DNA from: Lama glama
Lineage: Eukaryota
DNA length: 64,000 nucleotides
NCBI GenBank assembly: GCA_028534125.1
Contig: CM052824.1
Location: forward strand, 60,946,001-61,010,000
Reading direction: 5' to 3'
Shown: positions 40,705 to 54,133 of the stretch, piece by piece
Layout: each line of letters opens with the position of its first letter
Position numbering within the stretch: the first letter of the stretch is position 1
The notes under the pieces: model-generated
What the model saw: the letters and a program-made list of their open reading frames with translations, nothing else
The model's database searches: none
What the model was told of the DNA's origin: nothing
Position numbers and translations under genes: made by a program

Positions 40705-42147
40705 TGAGTGCCAGGTGCCACCCTCTCTCACGCTGCTCGCCTCGCCCCAGAGTGCATGACATCTGGAAATCAGACTCTCCACCTTAATCAGGCCGTTTTA
40801 ACTGAAAATGGCCACTAGACTTGAAACATGGGTGGCAGTGGGTGATGGGTGACTTCATTATGCTCTGAGCGATTTTAAAGCTCAGAGTTCAATTCTGAAC
40901 AAGGTAGAACTGGTTTACAGACACTGAGACTACCGCTGTGCATGATGTGCCGGCTTTTCTTTTTCCCTGCACATCCCACCTGTTCAGGTGGTGTTTAATA
41001 GCCCTTTGGGGGAGTGGGTGTGCCCTGGTCCCCCTCTTAGGAGAGCAGGTCTCACTGCGGACGCTGTGACAGCTTAGAAATAGCAGGTGTCACAATTTCA
41101 CATGAATTATATCAAACTACTTAATTTTTAGAGTTTCACTTTCCTTATAGAGAGAAGATCACTGAAACTCTTGAGTTTTCACTTATGGCACCAAAGCATG
41201 TCATTTAAATGTCAGGTGGTTGAGTCATTTTAGACTTAAACTGTCCCTGTGGGTTTTCTGGTCTTCTAAGGCATGATGTGGTGGCTCAGATGCCCCATCA
41301 CATTGGGGGAGGGGCGGGGCGGGGCTGCCTTGGGCCAGGTCCTGTCTCCTTTATCCAAGTTGCCCTGTTTTATGAGTGGTCCTTTTTGTACATGTGCATA
41401 GATTCACAAAAGACTTAGTCTATCTAGACTGTCAATTTGGGAAGAGTTTCTTTGATAGAACATATTTTTTAAAGTGTTTTCATTTATGAATGATGTTTTT
41501 CAGAGTCTGGAACTGTCTGGCTTTTTGTAGTCCGCAGGCCCTAATGAGGCCCTGCTTGCTGGGATTTGGGTTGCCAGGCTGAAATGCAGCCAGCAGTTTC
41601 ACAGACACAGCGCCCGCTGTGCTCAGGGCTCAGGCGTCCCACCTTCAACTCCCCCAAGTAACCGCAGAGGCTGACGGCCATGGGGCACTGGGCTCAGCTC
41701 TCCTCCTCAAGCGCTAGCTGCCCTCCTGTCTGCCTGTCCGAGGAGGGGCCGTGGGACACAGTCACTGTCGCTGGCACTGTCCCTGTCGTCCCCTGTGTCA
41801 CAGAGCTGGCCGCAGCAGACAGAATGCATCTTCTGTCCCATCTGGGGCGTGAGCCAGGGGCCTCCTGCTGCCCTCCATGACCCGCACAGGTCACAGAGGC
41901 ACAGCCCCCCAGTGTCCCTGCTTGAAAGGGACCCGGGCTCCCCTCTTGCTGGCGTTGGAGTGGACGGAGACAGAGTTAACAGTGAGGCCTGTGGGCATGT
42001 CCTCACCTGTACTTTGCTCTGCCCAGCTCTGTGCACAGAGCCGCGTCACAGAGCGTAGACTGGTCCTGAGTGCAGGGCAGAGGTTTACAGGGCCGGGTGG
42101 TTTGAGGGCGGTCTGTCCTGTGACGACTCTGGTTGCTCCTGCTCCAG

Positions 42148-42349
42148 CGCTCTGTGGGACATCGAGACCGGCCAGCAGACGACCACGTTTACTGGACACA
42201 CTGGGGACGTTATGAGCCTTTCTCTCGCTCCGGACAGCAGACTCTTTGTCTCTGGTGCTTGCGACGCTTCAGCCAAACTCTGGGACGTGCGAGAAGGGAT
42301 GTGCCGGCAGACCTTCACCGGCCACGAGTCCGACATCAACGCCATCTGT
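42148..42349 (+). CDS. GNB1: GNB1 exon 9: [67 protein letters not shown]
   Basis: gctccag|CGC ... TGT|gtgagt; 202 nt; GH...WD repeats. Confidence 0.98.
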
Positions 42350-42950
42350 GTGAGTTGGGGTCTTGGCCTGGGGCTGGGGGCCCTTCACCCTGTCAGCAAG
42401 TTAGGTGACATCTGTGAGCCGCAGGATGTTCTTCAGAATGAGATGTCCTCTCTTCTCTATGCAAATACCCTGTAATTTACAGAAACTCTCTTCAGGCAAC
42501 AGGTGTGAGGTGCTGTGTCCTTGAGAAGCCAGCCGTTTCCGTGCTGACTGCAGCTCACCAACACTGTGGTGCCTCTGCTGTGCTGGCGCAGGTCGCGCCA
42601 GTGATGGGTGTCTTGTCCTTCCCTCGGGTCCCTCCCTTGGGCTGGGGGCGGACAGAGCAGTAACTCACCCAGCACAGCCTCTGCGGAGGGCGCTGACCCT
42701 TGAGCCAGGCCTGTGTCCCCCACCCTTCGCGGTTGGGGCACAGCTGGTTGAAGGAGCCTTCCCTTCTCTGTGTCACCCTGACTCAAGGGGCTTGGCCTTG
42801 TGAGTGTCCTGCGGGGAAGCACAGCCCCACGGTGATGACCACACTGTCCTTTGGGAAGAGGACTGGGATGGAGGGATGACAGGCCCTCCGGCGCTAGCCC
42901 TGGCACAGGGCGCTCACCTCTGGTCTCTGATCCCTCTCCGCCTGCGCTGA

Positions 42951-43373
<423 letters not shown>

Positions 43374-44220
43374 TGAGGTGCATGGTCCCAAGGGCATTAG
43401 AACACAGTCATGCGGGAGGTGAGGCCGTCCAGCACTGACACATGTGCGCAATCGATGCCTCTAGGCTGGCCTCCCTCTGCTCTGGGCTGAGCCTATCTTG
43501 CCCTCTCCCAGCCCATCACACCCCCAGCTTCCGCTGCCTCTGCCCCGACAGGCCAGGCTCATGCCGCAGCTCAGGGCCATGGGGTCGGCGAGGCCAGGAG
43601 CAGAGGACGCCGTTCCATCCAGCCGAGGCTGGTCCCGGTCCTCAGCTGTGACGCTAATGAGTGTGGGAGGTGGACGAGCTTCCCTAGGCTTCCCTGAAAC
43701 CAGCCCGCGTGTTGCTCTGAGAAGACGTGGAAAGTTCTGGCTGAGCTTTCCTGACCACTGAGTGTCAGCAGGAGGCCCCGTCCCAGGGTGGGGTCGCCGT
43801 GTGACACCCCGAAGGCGGTGTCCGTCAGCAGCCCTCTGTGCGTGGGCCCCTCAGACAAGTGAGGAGCAGACTTACTCCCACGTTGCGCTGACCTGGATCG
43901 GGGCCGGCTGGGGTGTCTCTGTGGTGGTCTCTGTCGCAGCTTTTAGTTAAGCTTTCTCCCACCGGGAGTGCTTGGGAGTGGGTGCCGGAGGCTCCAGGCG
44001 GGTGCGCGAGCGTGCCTTCCCGCTGCGCCTGCTCCTTGTCATCAGGCTGTCTCGATGACAGGCCCCGGACCAGGTCCTCGGCAGGCCCTCTTCCACTCCG
44101 GCCCGTGCTCCCTCAGCCGTGGCCGCGGTGCGCTTCCCTTTGACGTCCCCCTGAGCAGACCTCCTCTCCTTCCCGGTGACCTTTCCTGGCCACTGGGTGG
44201 TCGGTCGCTCAGCCAGGTGA

Positions 44221-44349
<129 letters not shown>

Positions 44350-44559
44350 CGCCCCTGCCAGGTAACAACCGCCCTGTGTGCAGCCCTCGTGACATGCAGG
44401 AAACTGGGGCGCAGGGTCTCTCGACTGATTGACGAGTCGTCATGTGGAGCGGTGGGAAGGTCAGCGTTCCCATCGCCCTGAGTGCGGCCCCACTGCGGAT
44501 GGAAGGAGCTCGGGAGGAGCAGTGACGCTGACTAGCCTCTCTTGTCTTTCTGTTTAAAG

Positions 44560-46200
44560 CAGCAGGAGGACGCCGTGGTGACTGGAAGAGCATTCCAACC
44601 TGGAGCGTCCGTGATGGCATTTCAACCCCTACTAACGTGGACGCCCTGCACCGCCCCCAGAACTTCAAAAGGGCAAGATCTCTCCCCTTCACTTATTGCT
44701 GAAACCAAGAGCACAATTCCCATTAAGAGAAGAGTCTGTGCTGTAAACTAAACAAGTCGTGCATTCCCGCCGGGACCACTGTCTCTGTTTCCTTTTCTTT
44801 TTTGTCTTGAATGAATTTAAAAGGAAATACTATAATAAAAATGTTAATCAGAAGGTAACGTGAGTGTAATTGTGAGACAGACGCCCCTCTTCCTAGTGGA
44901 CTGAAGTCTAGATCTGCGATCCTGGTTTGTGCCGTTCGTGCAAAACCAGCTGCGGGTGTCATCTTGTAACTGAGTCTCAAGTTCAGATTGTGTTTGTAAC
45001 AGGATTTTGCAAACATTCATATTTCCTTCTTAAAGTATATTCCTTTATGTTCAGTAGTTAACCGGAGACAGAGCGTCTCATGCAGCCTCTCTGACATTGT
45101 TAACAATGTAAATCTAGTCCCCAGTTTTTTAATTTTTCGTCTGGTGTCACATAATTGTTGCGCACACACCTGGCCCAGAAGGATGACGCTGTGGACGGTC
45201 TCGAACGCGTGGTGGACAGTGAACACCAGTCAGGCCCTGTTTCTTCCCCGATCTGCCCTGTCTACCTTCTCAGTCCAGTTTTTAATCTCACTTTGGGTCT
45301 CCTTGTGAAGTCGGAGGGAAATTTGTAACAACAGCGCAACACTATCCCGTGCCCCCCGCTCCCCATCAGGAGCCTCCATTTCCCAGAGAGCCCGTCCTGT
45401 GCTTGGATAGTCAGTCAGTTATTTGTGTATGAAACAGCGTACAAATCAATGTTTTGCAAATAATCTCAAACTTTCTAAGTTAAATTTTAAAAAATTTGAT
45501 CGTTTGCCATATTGGGTGGGTTTACTCTTAGAATCGCATGCTGTAGAAATGCTCAAAAGTGCACACAGGACTCAGTCCTTAGATGTTCTTTTTCTTTTAA
45601 GAAATAACCTCTTTAAAGTCGTAGCCGTCGAGGTCCGTCCACTGCTGCTGCTCCCGCACAGCGCCTCGGAAGCCGTGCAGTCGCGGCTCCACATGCTCGA
45701 GTCGCAGGACGAGTCACTGTTTTAATTCTTCAAAAACAAGTCCCATTCCAAATGGCCGCTGTCGGGTGGGGGCGGATGGGCAGGGACTGGAGACCCTGGC
45801 CTCCCTCCCCGTGACCGCCGCATGCCGGCCCTCCCGCGGGACCGGCCTTCCGCCCCGAGCCCGGCATCTCTAACAGCAGGCCCCGGGCACGCGGCCCGGC
45901 GTGAGCGGCAGCATTGGCCCAGCAGCCGCCTCCTCCTGCGCCCGCGCTCCTTAGCAGCAGCGGCGGCTCCCCCAGCCTGTGTGTGTGGCACCTGGTGCCG
46001 AGGCCGCGCTCGGCCTGGGCCTGCGGAGCGAGGCAAGCCCCTCCCCGTCGGCGCCTCTGTAGAGCTCTCTGCACCCTGTCTCTCCATCTTTTGTATTTAA
46101 TTCTCAAGCCAGTGTACTGCAAGGAAGCTGGACGCAAGATAGACCCTGTGCTCAACTGTGCTGTTATTTAAGGTGTAATAAAGCAGTTTGACATGAGGGC
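44560..46200 (+). other. GNB1: GNB1 terminal non-coding exon 12 (3'UTR)
   Basis: Pyrimidine tract ctctcttgtctttctgttt then AAG/CAG/CAG acceptors; AT-rich blocks resemble the recalled mammalian GNB1 3'UTR; ends after AATAAA at 46177. Confidence 0.85.
44834..44839 (+). terminator. GNB1: Candidate proximal poly(A) signal AATAAA of GNB1
   Basis: AATAAA in AU-rich context about 270 nt into the last exon. Confidence 0.55.
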
Positions 46201-46225
46201 TCTGGTGTGGCTGCTCGTTTGTGGG
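46177..46225 (+). terminator. GNB1: Distal GNB1 poly(A) signal with GU-rich downstream element
   Basis: AATAAA at 46177-46182, upstream TGTA motifs, downstream tctggtgtgg..gtttgtgg. Confidence 0.85.
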
Positions 46226-47964
46226 GCCGTTCGGTGTACGAAGCAGCCGCCCTGCCGGGCAGGTCCAGTGACCTGGTCGTGTGCGCAGTGCCCTCGCCCA
46301 CCCCAGCTGCCCACCCGCCTGTCCCCACCATGGAGAATCCAAGGACGGGGCGGCAGGTCCTCACATGGACCTGCAGAGCAGCAGGGTCCTGGCAGCCCTG
46401 GCCACCTGTCACCACCAGGGTGATGTCTTCTCATCTCTGCCCGTGGGCTCCCGAGGGGCTGTTCTCCCTCCGTCCCCTCCTCTGAGCCTGTGTCCCCACA
46501 GCTGGCCTGCCCTTCCTCCTCCCTCCCCAAGATACTGAGAACGTTACTCCAGAGACACCTTTCCTTCTGATCAAATGTGTTTCACCGGAGTCTGAATGAA
46601 AAGAACATATCATCAGAAAAAATGAGCATCGGCCACACACGAGACAGACTTGAGTGCCTGTCCGGGACTCATTCAGCCTCCTCCCCGGCCCCCAGCCCTG
46701 CCTTCTCGCCGAAGGACGCAATTTTCTTTAGTCTTAGACGTCCTGTAAGGTTATGAAAGATCACTTGGTGATTTTCATGGGTGAGACAGACGCTGGCACT
46801 TCTCCATAAGCAAGGGAAGCACTCTGTTGACCCTCGTCTCCAGTCACCAGGAAAAGCCACGGGGGCCCCCGGGCTCTGCTCGCCAGTTGGGTGAGCAGGA
46901 CGAGCACCTCAGCGGGGGCGCCCGGGTGTTTCTGCCAGGGCTCAGCGCATCTCCTGGTGACTGACAGCCTGAACAGTGCATTTTCCTGGCTTCCACCTCC
47001 CCCACTTCTCTCTGAAGTAAATCTGTTTTTTGCAGATTTTAACCTTGCCAGCAGTCGTGCTAAATGCTAGAGGGAGTTGAAGGTGCTCCCTGGGCTGGCA
47101 GCCCGAGTCCTGGGGGGCGGGGGGGCACACCTGCCGTTGGCTCACCCTGGGGGTGGGCACAGGTCTCAGCCAGGCTCCCTTCAGTGCCCAGGCCTGGCAC
47201 CCAGTCTGTCTCCTGCTCCCCCACCCAGGGCCAGGGGAGCTCACAAAGCCGTCTGCTGGCCTCAAGACTACTGTCAACTTTCTCAGCAAAATGATCACTG
47301 AATGTAGGCGTCCGCAGGAGCACTGGGAACAGCCAGCAGAGGTGTTGAGCGAAAGGTCTCCCGCACCATGCTGCCCTGTGTGAACCTCGGACTTCAAACC
47401 AGGCACAAGCCTGGATGCCCCTGGGAGGAGACATCTTGCCTCTCGCCCCACCTCCCCTCCAGGTACCAGCCCTTGTCCCTTCCTTCCTCCAGCCTCCCCT
47501 GCAGCCTCCCCCGCTCGTGTCCAAGGTACCAGCCAGCTCTGGTGGGCACACCTGTCACAGGTGTGGCGTCCACGCTCAGCACGGAGCCCTCAGCAGCTGG
47601 ACATGAACTGCAGTGACCTCTAGGACCACTGGCACTTGGTACCTGCGCTCCGAGGTCCAGTCTCTTCTTCCTGCAGCACACGGTGCGCAGGTCCCCTCGC
47701 TGTGTCCAGCCTCCCCAGGCACGGGTTTCCTTCTGTCCCCACAATCCCCAAAGCCTGACCCTCTACATAGCCTCCTGCCCGCCCCTGTGGTCCTCCTCCT
47801 AATGTGTGGGGGGTTGCCCCACCCCCACCTGTCTCCCCCGACTCCTCTCCCACCACTCTATCTGGCCCACCAGACCTCTTCACCTTATCCCCCACCCAGC
47901 TCTGTCTCCCCCGCGAGGGTCCCCACTCCTGGAGTCCTGCCGGAGTCCTTGCCAGAGCCAAAGC

Positions 47965-48115
47965 CAAATGCTTCCCCTTCTCATCCTAGCTGTGTGATCT
48001 TTGGCAAGTTACTTGTCTTCTCTAGATTCGCTGTGTGGAAATCTCAAGAAGAAAATCGCCTGCTCCTAGAGACCTTGTGAGGATCCAGAGTCCCACATGC
48101 GCGCGAGGTGCTGGG
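47965..48115 (+). mobile_element. MIR
   Basis: Core ctagctgtgtgatctttggcaagttactt..ttgtgaggat. Confidence 0.65.
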
Positions 48116-50654
48116 GCAGGGGCTGCTTACTGGGCTTCGCCATCAGGGATCCCCACCCTCCCGGGGGCGTGCCCTTCCCCCAGCACCCTGCTGAGAAGTA
48201 TGGGGGCGGGGGCATCCCAGAGACTCCCAAGTGCGCAATTCCGGACACTGGCCCCTGGGGAGGGCCACGTAAGGCAGGACAGGAAGGGCTGGCTTGTCCA
48301 AGGCATGCTGGCTGGAGGCCAGAGCTGGGGGGGTGGACGAGACGACCTCTGGATAGCCTGAGACACTCAGCTCCTCCACAGGGAGGCTCGTCGAGTCCTA
48401 GCCACCTCCCCTTTTGGGTGCTGGGCAGCCTTGGTTCACTCGGTTCCCCTCAGCCAGGCACAGCTGAGTCCTCCTTCCCCAGGAGTGGGATCAGGACCCG
48501 CCTCCACCCAAATCCAGGGGCACCCCCTGCCTGAATCACTCTCTGGGCTGGCAGCCCTGTCACTCCACCCTTCATGGCTCTGCTTCCTGCATTTCCCCAC
48601 CGCCACCCCCCAGCAGGGTCCCCCATCTTTCAACCCTCAGAAGAATGTGGGTCCAGGTTTGGGGGAGTCTAAGGCTTAAACAATAGAGTCATGTTTCAGG
48701 AAAAGGATACAAAGAAACAAATTTCAAATTAACAGAGTTCTGCAGCCCTGGCACTGGGAGAGTTCATGCCCATGGCCTGGCCAGAATGAGACCTTTCCTG
48801 AACCCTGAGCCCCTCCCCAGGCAGACCCCCCATCCTTTGCCCAGCCCACACTGGCTGGACTGGCATCCATCCCCCACCCTCAGCCAGGCTTTGTCCCCAC
48901 TGCTGGCCCTCCCCTCTCCCTATGATAGCCTGGCTCATCCCAGCTCAGCCTTTGGACTCAGCCCAAGCAAAATCTCTAGGAAACTTCCGGATGCCCTAAG
49001 GTGCTCCTCCCAGCATCGGACTTTCTGTGATTTGCTGGTCAGCTCTTCAGGGACTGGGTGTGAGCCCCAGGGTGGGACCCAGGGCCTGCTGGGAGGAATT
49101 GCACAATCAGGCTCAGCTGAAGGAAGCCATAGCCTGTTTTCTCATTCCTGCAATGGGGACACGCTCCTGCTGGAAGTCTGTCTGGGTCCACAGAGGACAG
49201 ATTTCCAGGGTTACAGACACACACCTGCACAAATTCACTTTAGAGAGGGGTACACAGGAAGGGTGCCTGCTGTGTGACCTTGGCTAGTTACAAGGTAGGA
49301 GCTCCTGCCTTGGTGCCTTCTCTGCAAAGACCGTCCCTGCTCTAGAAGGCTCTTGGGGCCTGGCCCAGTGCCTGGCTCGTAGCCAAGTGGTGGATCAAGC
49401 ATTAACATTATTATGTTAATGACCAAATCCAAAAACAGATCAGATACAAAAAAAGCAGCTCAAAGGCTTCTCTTTTCTGTGGGTGTGTCTGGGGGTTACT
49501 TTGGGGAAGCGGTTGGGTTTACAAAATAACCAGATGGGGAAGTTACAGAGCTTGAGAAATCCCCCCAAGTTCCCACCATCTTTGCCCCCTTTCCACTGGT
49601 GACCCCATTGCCCTGTGATCCCAGGACAGCAGTGAGACGTGCCCTGTTCTGGGCCCAGCTGTGTTCCAGGTCGCTGAACACAGGGCCAGGAGTCCCGGCC
49701 GGAGAAGAAGCCTGTCAACAGCAGGTATGGGGCTGGGGAGACCTGGAGGCCAGAATGCTGCAGAGGACCCCAGTCCACAGAGGGGCTGGGTTCCGCTGTA
49801 CGTCCAGGAGACCCGGGTGTGGAAAAGAACACGGCTCGCACTTGGAGAGCCAGGCAGGTTACAGAGCTCCCGCCCCACATTGCCGTGGCTCATCTACAGT
49901 GACCCTGCGTTAGCTTATTCACAGACGCGTCCCAGGAGCGGGGCACACGACTGGGACACGACTCTGTGCACTGGTGGTGGGTAACCCGTCAATTCAGCAC
50001 GCCTAGGGAGGATGCAAGGTGTCTGGGCTGGGGCGGGGGGCGCAGATCCACCTTGGCCGCCTTCCTCCCTCCTCCCCAGGTCCTCCAGTGCGGGGCTGGA
50101 GCGGGGGTGAACAGTTGGCAGCCCACCCTCGGCGGGCCCCACTGAGACGCAGGCCCAGAGCCCCTCGGGGACAGGCGGTGTGTGCTAGGACCGGCCAGGC
50201 TGCATGGGACGGGCGAGGCCCACGATGGCCGGGTCAGGCCTCTCCCTCCAGCGGGGCCGGCAGCCGACGGGCGGGGTTCTGTCGCAGCTCCCACCGAGTT
50301 TTGGTTCCCAAAACATACTCCTTGTAAGCAGAGCCACACACTGGCAGTTACGGAGCCCTCGGCGGGCGGTGTCACCGCTCGCAGGGGCCGCAGTCAGCCC
50401 ACCTGGCCCGCGTGGGAGAGGGGGAGGGCGGGAAGGGCGCCAGGCGGGGAGGCCAGGCCGGCGACCGTGCCTCCGAGGCTGCGGGGTGAGTGGCGACCAG
50501 CCGCCGTCCTCTCTGGGCCGCCGCCGGGGTGGGGGCGGCCGAGGCCCCGAGCTCGCTCGCTCGCCCTTCCCCCAGGGCCGTCCCAGCCCCGCCCCCCAGG
50601 CCTCCGCCTCCGCCCCCGCCCCGCCCCCAGCCCCGGCGGGGCGGGTTCCCCCAC

Positions 50655-50696
50655 CACGTGTGCGGGGCGCATGCGCAGGCCGCCGAGGGCATGCGC
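50655..50696. promoter_or_regulatory. E-box (CACGTG, 50655-50660), NRF1 palindrome (GCGCATGCGC, 50667-50676) and a second partial NRF1 site (GCATGCGC, 50689-50696)
   Basis: Motif matches clustered just downstream of the GC boxes; binding is inferred. Confidence 0.65.
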
Positions 50697-50739
50697 GGTG
50701 TTAGTGCGGGTGGGGCGCGTGCGCGGGGTGGGCCGGGCG

Positions 50740-50945
50740 CGCGTGCGCACTGGCGGCGTGGCGGCATTGCTGCTCTGCGGGCCGGCGCCGCGGGGCGGGC
50801 GGCCGTGGTCTGGGGGCGGCCATGGGCCAGGGGGCGGCTGCGGCGCCGGGAGCCGGCTAGCGGCGGCGAGTGGCGGCGGGGCGGCGGCGCCCGCGGGCTC
50901 GGCCCAGCGTGGGAACGGCCCCGCAGGCGCCCGCGGCCGCGAACG
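50740..50945 (+). other. NADK: NADK exon 1 (5' end approximate)
   Basis: Strong donor ACG|gtgagt at 50945/50946 inside the CpG island; the TSS cannot be determined from sequence. Confidence 0.7.
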
Positions 50946-53900
50946 GTGAGTGCTCGGCCCCTCGGCCCAGCGGGCTGGCTGGGGTTGGAGGGCCGGGGGC
51001 GGGGGACCGAGGGCTGCCCTGCCCACCGCGCGCGCATGGACGCCGGGAGGCGCCGGCCAGCCGGCCGACCCCCGACGCGGGCCTCCCTGCAAGTGTCCGG
51101 GCGGCCCGAGTCCGCGCTGTGGGGCAGCTTGGAGGGTTCGGCCCTCACGCGGGGCGGTCAGTTAGGGGTCCACGTCTCGTTGTTGATCCTCCGGAAGCGC
51201 ATTCCCGACGCCCCCGAGGCCGGTGGCGGGGCCTCGCAGGGGTCCGGTCCGAGTCCCTGGTCCCTTTGCCCCCTTGTCTGGCGCACTCGGGTCCGCGTCG
51301 GGGGACCGGCCCGTCGAGGGTGCGCCCCGGGCCGGAGCCCCGTCGTTTTCACGTCCTGGACGGCGCCCTGCGCGGACCCGCTCCCGGTCCTCCGCTCCGG
51401 CCTCGCCCGGAGTCCTCCGGCCGTGACCTTTGCTCCCGCGGGGACTGCGGACAGGGACGGGCTCCGGGCGGCGCGGACACAGGCTCCCTGGAGGGGCCTT
51501 CGGTGCTCCTGGTTGTCCTCCCTGAACTTGCAGGTGAGCTTCGCTACCGGCACGAAGCGGTGATCGAGGGCCTCCCTGGGGAGGTGGCCGGGAGGGGAGG
51601 GGCCCCGTAAGCAAATCCGGAAACCGCCGGCCGCCTGATCAGCGCCTGAGCAAAGGAACGTTTACCCTGCAGAAGGAAGGGGCAGGTGGTTCTTTGTGGG
51701 GGTTGGTGTCCGCACACCTTTACCTGGAATCAGGGCTTCCCTATGGGCTGGGAGTTACAGCCGTCGGAGGCCGTGGCGCACTCCGTGTCTCCCGGGCTTC
51801 ACACCTGTTGACAGGCACTAGGCCAGCCTGTAACTGCCGGATTCCCCCGCTGTGGTCTGTGCTGCTCGCTGACCATTTGCAGTATTTCCTGACTCACAGT
51901 GGACTGCCTGCTCCTGAGTTTAGCGGGTGGGAACAGGCAAACAGCTGTTTAGACAGTTGGTGGAAAGCATTCAGGGGAAGTTGGTGAAGGTGGCCTGGAG
52001 GTGTGCGGTGTGCAGCCAGACAGGGTGTTACCTGGCTTCGTTCAGAACCGCGCAGACCCTGTTTTCCTGTCTGCCCAAGGAAAGGGGCGGCAGCCACAGC
52101 CCGCTTTGGTCTCTAGCTCTGTTCCTTTATATGGCCCCCAGTCTGGCTTTTGGTGCACTTGCCGTAGAACTTTCCAAAAGGTCTCCCTCGGTTCAGAGGC
52201 TGCCAGTGTGTGCGCCTGGTTTTATCACATCCTTGCTGGCATTTCGCATCATTTATTGATGGGAGAGGAGAAGGGAGATTTACAAGGTACTTTGTTTCAA
52301 CTCAGTGTTAAGGAGTCAGGTTGAACAGTTCCCATATGCGTCACCAAATGAACTTTCCTTTTTCTTTCAGTTTTTCCCCAAATACCTGTTGAGAGCTCGC
52401 ACTGGACGTCATATGTGTTATGTTTATATTTTACTTCCTGGCGTCACCGTGTCTCCCTGCCCCTTTGGGCAGGTGTTTATCTCTGAATGCTTCATTAGAA
52501 CGCTTCAGCGCTTTTGTACTCATAAAACCCCCAATGCAGAAGGTTTTCACAACTAGACTAGTGCTGTCGGGAACTTTAATGAACTTGGATGGAGTTAGAA
52601 TTTCATCCTTTTAAAGCAGTTGACATAGCAAATAAACTTCAATTAAATGTGCGTCCTGATTTGCCATAGTCAAAAAATATGCTGTGGAGATAAATTTTAA
52701 AAGCTGGTTTTTAATATTTAATGTGATGTTTTTGTAAGTTACTTTACTACTTAGTCATTAAATTAGTCTTTGTAACTGAAGATTGACAGCTCCTGGATAA
52801 TTTGTAATAGACAATTTTTAAATACATTTGCTTTTTGTGGTTTTGATTGGTTTATTCTTTTTTAAAAAATTAATTGTTTGCTTTGAAATAATTATGGACT
52901 CACAGAAAGTTGTTAAAGTGATAGAGAAACCCCTGTGCCCCGAACCCCGAGTGTTACCTCCGGGGCGAGAGTGTGGTAATACAGAACCCCGGAAGCCAGC
53001 ATTGGAAGAGTCCCGCCACCGTATGCACCCCTTTCTCAGACTAAAGCAGTTTCGACGTGTGTGTGCTCCTCTCCAGTGTCACCCTGTGCGCATCTGTATG
53101 ACCCCCACCGCAGTGCAGGCTCGCAGCTGTCCCCTTGTGCCAAGGAGCCCCCACCCCAGGTCTCCTCACACTGCTGGCAACCACCGTTCTCCGCCTCTCC
53201 CTAATTTTGTCATTGGGAGAAGGTTGTATACGTGGGAGCGTTCGTTACGTTACCGCCTGGGACTGGCCTGGGACTGGCCTGGTTCACGCGGAGGCCCTGA
53301 GAGCGCCCCGCCTGCCGGGCGCCACTTTGTTGTAGGACCAGTTGCAGTTCGCTGCCCCGTTCACCAGCTGGGAGACGTTTGCGCCCTCTGCAGTTTTGGG
53401 CTGTTGCAAAGCTGTGAGCGTTCATGTGCAGGTTTTTCTGTGAACAGCAGTTATTTCTCTGGGATAAATGCAGTGGCTGGGCTGTGCATAAGAAACTGTA
53501 GGACCTTTCAGGAGTGTGGGAGAGGGCGCTTCCCGGCAGCCTCTCTAGCGTTTAATTGTTTGAGCCGTTCTGGTGTGTGCAGGGACGCCACGTTGGGATT
53601 TTAATCCCCTCCTGGGGTGGGGGTGGCGTGGAGCCTCCTCCCGCAGTCTCCTCCGCACATCCTCTGCGGTCAGCTCCTCTTCTAACAGTCAGACGGTTTG
53701 GCTTTCCACTGTTGCATTTTGAGAGTTCTTTCTGTTACAGATACAAATCCTCTGTTGGATAACTAGTTTGAAAACATTTTCTCCCAGTCTGTAGCTTGCT
53801 GTTTATCCTCTTAACAGGGTCTTCCACAGAGCACGTCTCTAATTTCAACGAAGCCTAGTTTATCGATTTTTTAAAATCTCTTACAAACTGTGCTTTTTAT

Positions 53901-53986
53901 ATCGTGTACAAAACATTCTCTTTAGTCATAGGTACCCAAAACTTTCTCCTGTTTTCTAATAAAAGTTTTATAGTATATGTTTGGAG

Positions 53987-54133
53987 GGGGAGGGTGTAGC
54001 TTGGTGGTAGAGCGTGTGCTTAGCATGCACAAGGTCCTGGGTTCAGTCCCCAGTGCCTCCGTTATTTATAAATAAATAGATAAATAACCTCATTATGCCC
54101 CCTCCTGAACAAAAAACAAAAGGATTAAAAAAA
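53987..54133 (+). mobile_element. tRNA-derived camelid-type SINE nested in an antisense L1
   Basis: GGGGAGGGTGTAGCTTGGTGGTAGAGCG..GGTTCAGTCCCCAGTGCCTCC plus (TAAA)n tail; imperfect AAAAGTT(TT)ATAGT duplication on both sides. Confidence 0.9.

Larger units (their letters stand above)
50100..51700. promoter_or_regulatory. NADK: CpG island / NADK promoter
   Basis: Very high GC and CpG density; multiple GC boxes (CCCCGCCCC) at 50590-50645; no TATA box seen. Confidence 0.9.

Noticed and set aside
50182-51614. Several long overlapping ORFs (232-357 aa) on both strands
   Set aside because: They are Arg/Gly/Pro/Ala-rich with no domain signature, as expected from stop-codon scarcity in a CpG island; only the frame continuous with NADK was kept as a lead
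52828-53604. 258-aa ORF in NADK intron 1
   Set aside because: Non-ATG start, runs antisense through L1 3' relics, no protein signature
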